Shown: positions 19,165 to 28,641 of the stretch, piece by piece
Layout of the letters: every line of letters begins with the position of its first letter
Numbering within the stretch: the first letter of the stretch is position 1
Assembly: GCA_035299425.1 (NCBI GenBank)
Contig: DATGWP010000167.1
Span: forward strand, 17,155-81,154
Source: Chitinophagales bacterium
Lineage (GTDB): Bacteria; Bacteroidota; Bacteroidia; Chitinophagales; LD1
Reading direction: 5' to 3'
DNA length: 64,000 nucleotides
The notes under the pieces: generated by a model
Told to the model about the DNA's origin: nothing
What the model saw: the letters and a program-made list of their open reading frames with translations, nothing else
Databases searched by the model: none
Made by a program: the position numbers and the translations under genes

Positions 19165-20130
19165 ATGAAAAACTTTGTTCTGATTGGTGCTTCGGGCTAT
19201 ATAGCTCCCCGCCATTTAAAAGCCGTAAAAGATACCGGTAACCAGCTACTAGCCGCCTACGATCCGTTTGACAGCGTGGGTATAATGGATAGCTATTTTC
19301 CTAACGCCGATTTTTTTGTAGAGTTTGAGCGGTTCGACAGGCACGTAGATAAGCTAAAGCGAAAAGACATACCGCTTGATTATGTGTCTATATGCTCGCC
19401 TAACTACCTGCACGATTCGCACATACGCTTTGGCCTGCGCAATGGTGCCGATGTGATTTGCGAAAAGCCGCTGGTGCTTAACCCGTGGAATGCGCAAAGC
19501 CTGATAGACCTGGAAAAAGAAACCGGCAAGCACATTAACAACATATTGCAGCTACGCCTGCACCCCAACATTATAGCGCTAAAGAAAAAAGTAGACGAAA
19601 GCCCGAAGGATAAAATTTTCGATTTCGACTTAACCTATATCACCTCGCGCGGTAACTGGTACTACACCAGCTGGAAAGGCGATGTAAGCAAAAGCGGTGG
19701 CATAGCCACCAACATAGGCATTCACTTTTTCGATATGCTTACCTGGATATTTGGCGCTGTAAAAACCAATATTGTGCATGTGCATACTCATGACCGCGCA
19801 GCCGGTTATTTAGAGTTTGAAAAAGCAAGGGTGCGTTGGTTTTTAAGCATCAATGCAGATACATTGCCCGATGCTGCCAAACAAAAAAACATGCGCACTT
19901 ACCGCAGTATGAACCTGGAGGGCCAGGAAATTGAATTCAGCGATGGATTTACCGACCTGCACACCGCCAGCTATACCGAAATAATTAAAGGGAACGGCTT
20001 TACGGTAAAAGATGCCATGCCGAGTATTGAAATAGCATACACCATACGTAAAGAAACACCGGTGGGGCTTAAAGGCGATTATCACCCGTTTGCAAAAACA
20101 CCGGGTGGCAATCATCCTTTCCATGTTTAA
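19165..20130 (+). CDS. wbpB: UDP-N-acetylglucosaminuronate 3-dehydrogenase (WbpB/WlbA, Gfo/Idh/MocA family)
   Basis: KNFVLIGASGYIAPRHLKAVKDTGN, YDPFDSVG, SICSPNYLHDSH, CEKPLVLNPW, SGGIATNIGIHFFD closely follow the WbpB pattern. Confidence 0.88.
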   Translation: MKNFVLIGASGYIAPRHLKAVKDTGNQLLAAYDPFDSVGIMDSYFPNADFFVEFERFDRHVDKLKRKDIPLDYVSICSPNYLHDSHIRFGLRNGADVICEKPLVLNPWNAQSLIDLEKETGKHINNILQLRLHPNIIALKKKVDESPKDKIFDFDLTYITSRGNWYYTSWKGDVSKSGGIATNIGIHFFDMLTWIFGAVKTNIVHVHTHDRAAGYLEFEKARVRWFLSINADTLPDAAKQKNMRTYRSMNLEGQEIEFSDGFTDLHTASYTEIIKGNGFTVKDAMPSIEIAYTIRKETPVGLKGDYHPFAKTPGGNHPFHV

Positions 20131-20169
20131 ATTGTTGTTTGGTGTTTCACCTATAAGTTTTGAATAAGC

Positions 20170-22020
20170 ATGTGCGGAATAACCGGGTATTACTCCCCAT
20201 CTAGAAAAATAAACGAAGCCGACCTGCACCGGATGACGGACTGCATCAGCCACCGAGGGCCGGATGCTGCAGGTTACTTTTTTGATGATGCAAAAACCAT
20301 AGGCCTGGGGCACCGCCGTTTAAGTATTATAGATTTAAGCGAGGCTGCCAACCAGCCTTTTTACTCGCATAGCGGCCGGTATGTTACCGTATTTAACGGC
20401 GAGGTTTACAATTTTCAGGAAATAGCTAAGCAGTTAAACATTACCCAGCGCACCAGCAGCGATACCGAAATAATAATAGAGGCCTTTGAAAAAAAGGGAG
20501 TTGATTTTGTGCACTTACTCAATGGCATGTTTGCCATTGCTATATGGGATAAACAAGACCATAAGCTTTATCTTTTCCGCGACCGGTTGGGCGTAAAACC
20601 TTTATACTATTATCATAAAGATGGTGAGTTTGCCTTTGGCTCAGAGATTAAAGCGCTGCTAAAGATTGATGAAGTAGCCAACTATGCTAAGCCGGATAAC
20701 AAAACTATTTACACGTTTTTATATTGCGGCTATGTGCCTGAACCGTTTACGGGCTTTAGCCATATACGCCGTTTACCTGCCGGTAGCTTTGCAGTTGTAG
20801 ATGCGAATGGCATAAACATTAAAAACTATTGGAAACCCGAAGAGAAGGTCACCCCTCGGGTTGAAACAGATTTCAAATCGGCGAAAGAAGAGCTTAAAAA
20901 CCTGCTGGTATCATCGGTAAAATACCGGATGATAGCCGATGTGCCATTCGGTACCTTTTTAAGCGGTGGTATAGATAGCAGCACGGTTACAGCTATAGCC
21001 CAAAGCATTAGCAGCAAACCGGTAAAAACTTTCTCTATAGGGTTTAAGGAAGCAAAGTTTAACGAGAGCGAGTACGCTAAAAAAGTGTCGAAACACTTAG
21101 GCACCGAGCATTATGAATTTATTGTAACCGAGGCGGACGCTATGGGGCTTATAGACCGAATGCTGAATGCATACGATGATTTGTATTCAGAGTCATCGGG
21201 CATACCTACCATGCTGGTATCTAAACTAGCAAGGCAACATGTAACCATGACCCTGAGCGGCGATGGTGGTGATGAATTGTTTATGGGTTATGGCTCGTAC
21301 GACTGGGCAAAGCGGTTAAACAATCCGCTGGTAAAAATGCTGCGTAAGCCTGGTGCCGCATTATTATCGATGGCTGGTGGAAAATATAGGCGCGCAGCCG
21401 GAGTAATCAACTACAAAAGCGAAAAGCATTTAAAAAGCCATATCTTTTCGCAAGAGGAATACTACTTTAACGAGAGTGAGTTAGACAGTTTATTAAAGCC
21501 TGAATTAAAAACCCAATTGCTGTTTGACGAGCATTTGAATACCGCCCGCCAACTATCGCCGGCAGAAGAACAAGCCTTGTTTGATATTAAATATTACCTG
21601 AAAGACACTCTGCTTACCAAAGTAGATATAGCCAGTATGCAATACTCGCTGGAGACACGCACACCGTTTTTAGATTACCGGGTGGTAGAGTTTGCGCTCA
21701 ATCTTTCGGAAGATTTGAAGAAGAAAGACGGCACTGCTAAATACCTGCTAAAAGAAGTGCTGTACGATTATGTACCGCGCCAGTTTTTTGATAGGCCTAA
21801 ATGGGGCTTTTCTATTCCGCTAGGCAAATGGCTGCTTACCGATCTGCACTACCTGCTGGATAAATACCTGAGCGAAGAAACCGTGACCCAATGCAATGTG
21901 GTAAACTACAGCGTAGTAAAAAGCCTGCTTCAGCGATTTAAAAACGGCGAAGACTATTTGTTTAAGCGCATCTGGATATTGATAATCCTTCACCATTGGT
22001 TACTTAAATATAAGGGATGA
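20170..22020 (+). CDS. asnB: Asparagine synthase (glutamine-hydrolysing)-like amidotransferase (polysaccharide-associated, WbpS-like)
   Basis: N-terminal MCGITG (Ntn Cys), HRGPD, HRRLSIID, LSGGIDSS, LSGDGGDE, RPKWGF. Confidence 0.92.
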   Translation: MCGITGYYSPSRKINEADLHRMTDCISHRGPDAAGYFFDDAKTIGLGHRRLSIIDLSEAANQPFYSHSGRYVTVFNGEVYNFQEIAKQLNITQRTSSDTEIIIEAFEKKGVDFVHLLNGMFAIAIWDKQDHKLYLFRDRLGVKPLYYYHKDGEFAFGSEIKALLKIDEVANYAKPDNKTIYTFLYCGYVPEPFTGFSHIRRLPAGSFAVVDANGINIKNYWKPEEKVTPRVETDFKSAKEELKNLLVSSVKYRMIADVPFGTFLSGGIDSSTVTAIAQSISSKPVKTFSIGFKEAKFNESEYAKKVSKHLGTEHYEFIVTEADAMGLIDRMLNAYDDLYSESSGIPTMLVSKLARQHVTMTLSGDGGDELFMGYGSYDWAKRLNNPLVKMLRKPGAALLSMAGGKYRRAAGVINYKSEKHLKSHIFSQEEYYFNESELDSLLKPELKTQLLFDEHLNTARQLSPAEEQALFDIKYYLKDTLLTKVDIASMQYSLETRTPFLDYRVVEFALNLSEDLKKKDGTAKYLLKEVLYDYVPRQFFDRPKWGFSIPLGKWLLTDLHYLLDKYLSEETVTQCNVVNYSVVKSLLQRFKNGEDYLFKRIWILIILHHWLLKYKG

Positions 22021-23249
22021 CCGAAGTACTTTACATGAGTTACGACGGCATGACCGACCCGCTGGGCCAAAGCCAGGTTATTCCGTATATCAAAGGACTG
22101 TCTAAACTCGGTTATCATTTCACCCTTATTAGTTTTGAGAAGAAAGACCGTCTTGAAAAATTCGGGGCAGTTATAGCAGCGCTGCTAAAAGACAACAACA
22201 TCGATTGGGTGCCGCTATCTTACACCAAAAGCCCGCCGGTACTTTCTACTATTTACGATACCTGGCGTATGCGCAGGAAGGCGTTTGAGTTACATAGCCG
22301 AAAGAAATTCAGCATAGTGCATTGCCGCAGTTACATTTCGGCACTGGTGGGGCTGGCCATGAAAAAGAAGTTTGGCACAAAGTTCATTTTTGATATGCGC
22401 GGTTTTTATGCCGATGAACGGGTAGATGGCGGCCTGTGGAAGTTAGATAGCCCGCTTTACAAAATGGTGTATGACTTTTTTAAGCGGAAGGAAGTTGAGT
22501 TTTTAACCCATGCCGACCATACTATCAGCCTGACTGAAAACGGCAAGCGTATTATTCATTCGTGGGCGCACATACCCAACCAACCCGTACCTATACAGGT
22601 AATACCCTGCTGTGCCGACCTGGATAAATTTAGTCCCGAAAGTGTAGACCATAGCAAATTACAAGCGCTTAAAAATGAACTGGGCATAAAGCCCGATGAC
22701 TTTGTAATAAGCTACCTGGGCAGTGTAGGCACCTGGTATATGCTGGATGAAATGCTTGCCTTTTTTAAATGCCTGCTGGAGAAAAAACCTCAGGCCAGGT
22801 TTCTGTTTATTACCAACGAGCCGGCCGAACTGGTGCTGAGCAAAGCGCGCGAATTGCAGATTGCCGCTGATAGGTTTATCATAACCCCATCGCCAAGCCC
22901 ACTGGTGCCAACTTATTTGTCGCTCTCCTCCATATCCTTTTTCTTTATCAAGCCTGTGTTTAGCAAGCAGGCTTCCTCTCCTACCAAGCAGGGCGAAATA
23001 ATGGGCATGGGCATACCCTACATTTGCAACACCGGTGTGGGCGATGTAGATGAAATTGTTAAAGACACCCGCTCGGGCTACCTTGTAGACCATTTTACCG
23101 TAGAAGACTACCGTAAAACTATTAATACTATACTTACTACTACCCTGAATGCCAACGAAATAAGGCAAGGGGCCTTCAAATATTACTCGCTGACTAAAGG
23201 AGTAGACAACTACAATAATGTTTATTGCAAACTTCTTGCAAAAACATAG
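22017..23249 (+). CDS. Glycosyltransferase family 4
   Basis: YDGMTDPLGQSQV, HCRSY, FDMRGF, SPTKQGEIMGMGIP. Confidence 0.85.
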   Translation: MTEVLYMSYDGMTDPLGQSQVIPYIKGLSKLGYHFTLISFEKKDRLEKFGAVIAALLKDNNIDWVPLSYTKSPPVLSTIYDTWRMRRKAFELHSRKKFSIVHCRSYISALVGLAMKKKFGTKFIFDMRGFYADERVDGGLWKLDSPLYKMVYDFFKRKEVEFLTHADHTISLTENGKRIIHSWAHIPNQPVPIQVIPCCADLDKFSPESVDHSKLQALKNELGIKPDDFVISYLGSVGTWYMLDEMLAFFKCLLEKKPQARFLFITNEPAELVLSKARELQIAADRFIITPSPSPLVPTYLSLSSISFFFIKPVFSKQASSPTKQGEIMGMGIPYICNTGVGDVDEIVKDTRSGYLVDHFTVEDYRKTINTILTTTLNANEIRQGAFKYYSLTKGVDNYNNVYCKLLAKT

Positions 23250-23360
23250 AGCTATACCTATAAATAAGCATCTTTGAGAGTGAGGCAGACCGTCCATAAA
23301 TTTACGGTTGGCCGATTTGAGTTCGCATTTAATATCTTATATTTACGTATATCATTAAGA

Positions 23361-26300
23361 ATGAGAAAAACACTACTTCTTGCTTTTGTTTTAGGCTTAA
23401 CCACTACCCTGTTTGCGCAGGAATACCGCCTGGTATGGCCTAAACAGGATTATGTATTCGATTCTACCGTAGTTAACTTTCAGTGGAGTGTGGTAGACAA
23501 TGCTACCAGCTACGAGCTTCAGTATTCGGATAACGACCCTACTTTCGGGGTAGCTTCGCTTATTTCAGCTTCAGGTACTTCTTACCAAACTACGCTAACT
23601 GCCCGTAAAACTTATTATTGGCGTGTTAGAGCTATTACCAATCAGGGTACACAAGCGTGGTCATATGCCCGCAGGTTCTACATTTTCGAGCCCCCCCAAA
23701 AAAATGGTTTGCTATTATGGTTCGAGGCTAACAGAAATGTAACAGCACCAGGCGGCGCGGTATCTGAGTGGGTTGACCGCTCAGCCTCTATTACAGCTAC
23801 ACAAACTGCAGCTAACAAACCTACCTTTACGCCCAATGTAACCCAGCTTAAAGGCAAGCCCGTAGTTAGCTTCGCCGGGGGCACCAGCAACCCTCAGATG
23901 ATGACTTTCCCAAGTGTTACTATTGACTACGGTACAAATGGTGGATACACCTGTCTGGCTGTACGCAACTACAACAGCAACCCCGGTACTTACCTGCAAT
24001 ACTTTTTAGGTGGGCCTAGCGGTGTTGAGGCCAACGGGTTTGTAGCAGATGCAAGCTATTACACAGGCTCTACAGGATGGGGAGCATATACAACTGTAGG
24101 AGGATACAATGGCCTTTATACTACTATCGGTGCAGATTTAACCAGCACCTATTCTATTTACACCGTTCAGCCCGAGCAATTAACCCGCAATGGTATTGCC
24201 CGGCCAACAGGAACCAATAATGAGGCTGGGTCGAACGCAAAATCGAATTTCCTGTTAGGTACTTTAGGCCGAACAGCAACCGGTATTGGTCAATTCTTCT
24301 CTTATAAAGGCAACTTAGCCGAGGTTATAGTTTATGACAATACTCTTGATACTACCTCAAGAGTATTAGCCGAGCAATACCTACGCTACAAATATGCAAA
24401 CCCGGTTAACATGGGTCCCGATACAATTTTTCCAAGCTTTTGCGTAAATACAACATTAACCCCGGGGCCCGGCTTTTTTGTCAAGCTTAAATGGTTTGAT
24501 GGAGATAGCACCTCTACCACTAAAACAGTAACCAGCGTAGGCAAATATTGGGTAGAAGGTACTGATATATTTGGTTACAAATCTTATGATACCATTAATG
24601 TAAGGCCACAGATTTTCTTTAACCAGTTGCCTCCGGTAGCGTTTCTTTGTTCCGGCGATTCGCTGGTATGGAACACCGGCTACCCGGCCAATGGCTTTAC
24701 ATTCGATTGGTCTAACGGCGAGTCAACACCAAGCATAGCTATAAAAACAGGTGGCACCTATTCTGTTACTATTGCAGATAATGCCAACTCTACCTGCCAG
24801 TTGCAATCGAGTGCAGTGGTGGTTACGGTAGATACTTTCCCCGATTATACACTCGGTGCCGATACCTCTTTCTGTGCTGGTAACCGGTTGAATTTTCTGC
24901 ATACCGATTCACTACTTTCTATTGTATGGTCTACCGGCGATACAATTCGCGAGACGGCTATAAGCACACCAGGCAACTATTCGGTTGTTGCAGTAAATGC
25001 CAACCAGTGTGTAAACTACGATACCATTGGTGTATTAATCCGTGGTATTGCACCTTCTATTTATTTCAGCAACCCTGTACTGTGCGCTACCGATACTATA
25101 CAGTTTATAGACTCAAGCATTCCGCCAGGGGTGCCTATCAGCTATTGGCAGTGGAACTTTGGCGATGGCGATACCAGCAACCTGCAAAACCCAACTCATG
25201 TCTACGCTACCCCCGGCACATATACAGTTTCGCTTACTGCTACTACCGACTCGGGTTGTGTAAACAGCCTTACCAAACAGTTGCCAGCCTACCTTAAGCC
25301 GGTAAGCCTGTTCCAATCACGCGTATCGTGCGCTACAGCCGAAACACAGTTTTATGATCTTAGTTCTACAGCCCTGCCTGCATTACTTCAAACATGGAAA
25401 TGGAATTTTGGCGGTCTCGATTCCTCGATAGTGCCTAATCCTACGTTTGCTTTCCCTGCGCAAGGCAAATACGAGGTTACCTTACGCACCAGCAACGATA
25501 ATGGCTGCGTGAGCATCAAAAAAGATTCGGTAGAAGTATTTGCCGAGCTTGTGGCCGATTTTGCATTTAACCGGTTATGCCTGGGCGATACGGTTGCGTT
25601 TACCGATTTAACACCATCGTTCTCGTTGGTGTCGTGGCTATGGAACACGGGCGATGGCCGCTTCTTCACACAAAAGAACATCCGGAATAAATATGATGTA
25701 GCGGGCTCGTACCCTGTAACATTACAGATACAAAACGCCATTGGCTGTGTAGATGCTATTACCAAGACAGTAACCGTATACCCTAAACCCGATGCTGCCA
25801 TTGGCAATGGCCTGATATGCGAAGACCAATACTATACACCCGTAAACAATTCGGTAGTTACAGAACAAAACAATACCTGGAACTGGAATATCGCGGGCAA
25901 TAATTATACGGGGTTTGAACCGCAGCACTATTTTGGCGATACAGGTACTTACCCTATTAAACTACAGATTGTTTCGCAAAACGGATGTAAAGATTCTGCA
26001 AGCGGTATAGTATATGTGTCACCCATACCTGTAGCTAACTTTACATTTGTGCCGCTATATGGCGATGCCCCTTTGCTGGCTACCTTTACCAATACCAGCC
26101 AGAATGCCGATAACTACACCTGGAATTTTGGCGATGGTGTTACAGATAATACCACCAACCCTACCCACACCTATACTACCAACGATACTTTCCCTATACA
26201 GCTCGTGGCAATAAACGAAGTTGGTTGCTCGGATACTATAACCAAAAGTATAACTGTAGTCGTTACCGATTTGGATATATCTGTTGATAGGGTATACACC

Positions 26301-26861
26301 GATGAAGCTCCATTGCAGGATGGAACTGTTCTTGTTTCGGTATATGCCGATTTAAGCAATGTGGGCACGCGCCTGATAACCAATGCACGGCTGTATGCCA
26401 CTATAGGCAGTGGCGGGGTTATAAGCGAGGAATGGGATACTATATTCCAGTCTGGCCAGGCCAAGCAGTATAAATTTGAGGCAAATTTTGTAGTAGCGGC
26501 CGGCAGCGCCAATACTTATGTATGTGTAGAAGCCACCAGTGTAAACCATGGCGAAACAGAAACCCGCCTGGATAATAACAGGGAGTGCACATCGCTTACC
26601 GATGTTATACAATTAATCGGCCCATCTCCTAACCCGGCACGGGGCGATGCCTATCTTGGTATTATATTGCCAAAAGCCGGCAAAGTTACTATTGAAATAA
26701 TGGATATCTTAGGACAGCCAGTGCAGGAGATAACCGAGCTTAACCTGCCAGTAGGCCGAACAGATTTTGCGCTGCCTGTAAAAATGCTACGGGCATCGGA
26801 ATATTTTATCCGTATTAAGCATAATGACGACAAACTGGTGCGCAAACTGGTAGTGCATTAA
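23361..26861 (+). CDS. Secreted PKD-repeat surface protein with T9SS type-A C-terminal domain (FN3-like, LamG/ConA-like, PKD repeats, CARDB-like, CTD)
   Basis: Signal peptide MRKTLLLAFVLGLTTTLFAQ; repeated WNFGDG/WQWNFGDG PKD motifs; C-terminus PSPNPARG...EIMDILGQ...YFIRI...VRKLVVH. Confidence 0.85.
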   Translation: MRKTLLLAFVLGLTTTLFAQEYRLVWPKQDYVFDSTVVNFQWSVVDNATSYELQYSDNDPTFGVASLISASGTSYQTTLTARKTYYWRVRAITNQGTQAWSYARRFYIFEPPQKNGLLLWFEANRNVTAPGGAVSEWVDRSASITATQTAANKPTFTPNVTQLKGKPVVSFAGGTSNPQMMTFPSVTIDYGTNGGYTCLAVRNYNSNPGTYLQYFLGGPSGVEANGFVADASYYTGSTGWGAYTTVGGYNGLYTTIGADLTSTYSIYTVQPEQLTRNGIARPTGTNNEAGSNAKSNFLLGTLGRTATGIGQFFSYKGNLAEVIVYDNTLDTTSRVLAEQYLRYKYANPVNMGPDTIFPSFCVNTTLTPGPGFFVKLKWFDGDSTSTTKTVTSVGKYWVEGTDIFGYKSYDTINVRPQIFFNQLPPVAFLCSGDSLVWNTGYPANGFTFDWSNGESTPSIAIKTGGTYSVTIADNANSTCQLQSSAVVVTVDTFPDYTLGADTSFCAGNRLNFLHTDSLLSIVWSTGDTIRETAISTPGNYSVVAVNANQCVNYDTIGVLIRGIAPSIYFSNPVLCATDTIQFIDSSIPPGVPISYWQWNFGDGDTSNLQNPTHVYATPGTYTVSLTATTDSGCVNSLTKQLPAYLKPVSLFQSRVSCATAETQFYDLSSTALPALLQTWKWNFGGLDSSIVPNPTFAFPAQGKYEVTLRTSNDNGCVSIKKDSVEVFAELVADFAFNRLCLGDTVAFTDLTPSFSLVSWLWNTGDGRFFTQKNIRNKYDVAGSYPVTLQIQNAIGCVDAITKTVTVYPKPDAAIGNGLICEDQYYTPVNNSVVTEQNNTWNWNIAGNNYTGFEPQHYFGDTGTYPIKLQIVSQNGCKDSASGIVYVSPIPVANFTFVPLYGDAPLLATFTNTSQNADNYTWNFGDGVTDNTTNPTHTYTTNDTFPIQLVAINEVGCSDTITKSITVVVTDLDISVDRVYTDEAPLQDGTVLVSVYADLSNVGTRLITNARLYATIGSGGVISEEWDTIFQSGQAKQYKFEANFVVAAGSANTYVCVEATSVNHGETETRLDNNRECTSLTDVIQLIGPSPNPARGDAYLGIILPKAGKVTIEIMDILGQPVQEITELNLPVGRTDFALPVKMLRASEYFIRIKHNDDKLVRKLVVH

Positions 26862-26892
26862 TACATAGTACAATAACACCAATCTGCTGTTG

Positions 26893-26924
26893 AAAAAGAG
26901 GCGCTGCATGCAGCGCCTCTTTTT
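26893..26924. terminator. Bidirectional intrinsic terminator (perfect 32-bp palindrome)
   Basis: AAAAAGAGGCGCTGCA|TGCAGCGCCTCTTTTT, 31 nt after the PKD gene stop. Confidence 0.85.
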
Positions 26925-26936
26925 ATTTTTACAGGC

Positions 26937-27506
26937 ATGCAGCATATAGCAATTTTTGCCAGCGGAAAAGGAAGCAACGCACAGGCCATTATCGAATATT
27001 TTAAAAATCACCCCACCATTAAAGTTGCACTGGTAGTAACCAACAACCCCGATGCCGGAGTAATAAAAATCGCCCATCAGCATAAAATCATATCGGCCAT
27101 TGTAAGCAAAAACTTTATGGGTAATGAGGAGAATATGAATAAGCTACTGGGCGCCCTAAATATAGACCTGATAGTGCTAGCAGGGTATCTTCAGCTAATA
27201 CCTGCTTTTCTCATCAAGAAATTCGAAAACCGCATTATAAACATTCATCCGGCACTGCTGCCTAAGCATGGTGGTAAGGGTATGTATGGTAAAAAGGTGC
27301 ATGAGGCAGTGTTGACAGCTAACGACACTGAAACAGGCATAACTATACACTATGTAAATGAAAGATATGATGAAGGCAAAGCCATACTGCAAAAAGCGGT
27401 AGCAGTAGGCACTACCGACAATGCCGAAACCATAGCTGCCAAGGTGCAACAGTTGGAACATGAATGGTTCCCCAAAACCATTGAGCAGTTGCTTGAAAAG
27501 AAATAA
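26937..27506 (+). CDS. purN: Phosphoribosylglycinamide formyltransferase
   Basis: IAIFASGKGSN, LIVLAGYL, INIHPALLP, GITIHYVNERYDEG. Confidence 0.95.
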   Translation: MQHIAIFASGKGSNAQAIIEYFKNHPTIKVALVVTNNPDAGVIKIAHQHKIISAIVSKNFMGNEENMNKLLGALNIDLIVLAGYLQLIPAFLIKKFENRIINIHPALLPKHGGKGMYGKKVHEAVLTANDTETGITIHYVNERYDEGKAILQKAVAVGTTDNAETIAAKVQQLEHEWFPKTIEQLLEKK

Positions 27507-28628
27507 TTATTTAGTGGTGCTGGTTAACTCGTTATAATACTGCAGGTATTTTTGCTGTAGTGCTTTAACCGAGTACTGCTCTACCACCGTTCTACGGCCC
27601 TCGGCACCCATTTTTTTGCGCAGTATTTCATTATCTACCAGGGTAGATATAGCATTTACATACTCATCATCAGTGGTAGCTAAAAAGCCATTTACACCGC
27701 TTTGAATTATCTGGCTATTAACCCCCACCGGCGACATAATGGTTGGAATCTCCAGCGCCATGTATTGCAGGCCTTTTAACCCGCACTTGCCCTTGGCCCA
27801 TTCATCATCGGGCAGAGGCATAATACCAATATCGAAAGAAGAGAGTTCGCGCAGTTCGTCCTGCTTATTCCAGTTCAGGCTTATTACGTCCAGCTCATCA
27901 TTTTTGTAGTTGGCATCGCCTATCACTTTTATCTTAATGCGGTCGCCGTATTTCTTTTTAATTTTTAGCAGGGCAGGCACGGCAAACTTAAAATGCTGTA
28001 TGGTGGTAATACTTCCGCTCCAGCCAATACAGACGCGGCCATCTCCCGGTTGCTCCATACGCTGATACTCATCGGTATCGATAGTAGTAGGCACTATGCG
28101 TATGTTGCTATTGAATGGCTTTGCATAATCGGCCAGATATTGATTACCTGCAAAAATCATATCGCTAAGCCCTATGATAGAAGATGTTTTAGAGGCATCT
28201 TTTAAAAAGCTGAACTTTTTATTGGCATCCGATACATTCTGCATCCAGATAGAATCATCGAAATCGAAAATTACTTTGGCTTTACTGCGCGCAAAATGCT
28301 TTTCGAAAAAAGTAGTGCCGGTCATAAAGGCCTCGCGCTGTATAAAGATGATGTCGTACTGGTTGGCTTTCATCGCATCGCCCAGGCGCTTCATAAAGCA
28401 CTTTAAAAATATGGTGCCTTTTTTAAACAGGTTACCCGGCGAATAGAAAATCTTATCGTCTTCGGGTGTTATCAGAAAAGAGAAGTCGTAATCGTATCCG
28501 TTCTGTTTCAAAAACTCGAGATACTGCTCGAAGCGAAAACGCTGCGACGGTGAGCGGTCGCGGCGGTGCATAGCTATGTATAATACTTTTTTCAATGTGT
28601 AGTGGTCTATCTTAAGAAACGCCGGCAT
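27507..28628 (-). CDS. Glycosyltransferase family 4
   Basis: RSPSQRFRFEQY, IFDFDDSIW, FDIGIMPL, KCGLKGLQYMALEIP. Confidence 0.88.
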   Translation of the reverse strand: MPAFLKIDHYTLKKVLYIAMHRRDRSPSQRFRFEQYLEFLKQNGYDYDFSFLITPEDDKIFYSPGNLFKKGTIFLKCFMKRLGDAMKANQYDIIFIQREAFMTGTTFFEKHFARSKAKVIFDFDDSIWMQNVSDANKKFSFLKDASKTSSIIGLSDMIFAGNQYLADYAKPFNSNIRIVPTTIDTDEYQRMEQPGDGRVCIGWSGSITTIQHFKFAVPALLKIKKKYGDRIKIKVIGDANYKNDELDVISLNWNKQDELRELSSFDIGIMPLPDDEWAKGKCGLKGLQYMALEIPTIMSPVGVNSQIIQSGVNGFLATTDDEYVNAISTLVDNEILRKKMGAEGRRTVVEQYSVKALQQKYLQYYNELTSTTK

Positions 28629-28641
28629 GGCGTATCTATAA

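Noticed and set aside
20170-22020. asnB as a housekeeping asparagine synthetase
   Set aside because: It is embedded and translationally coupled within a glycan locus next to wbpB; sugar amidation is more parsimonious, though unproven.
22659-23297. 212-aa antisense ORF, and similar shadows at 18219-18812, 55220-55795 and 19843-20313
   Set aside because: Each overlaps a conserved gene on the opposite strand, with no domain features or plausible start context.
2857-27506. Functional link between the sugar formyltransferase and purN (both use N10-formyl-THF)
   Set aside because: PurN consumes rather than supplies the cofactor and is a canonical purine enzyme, so the proximity is probably incidental.
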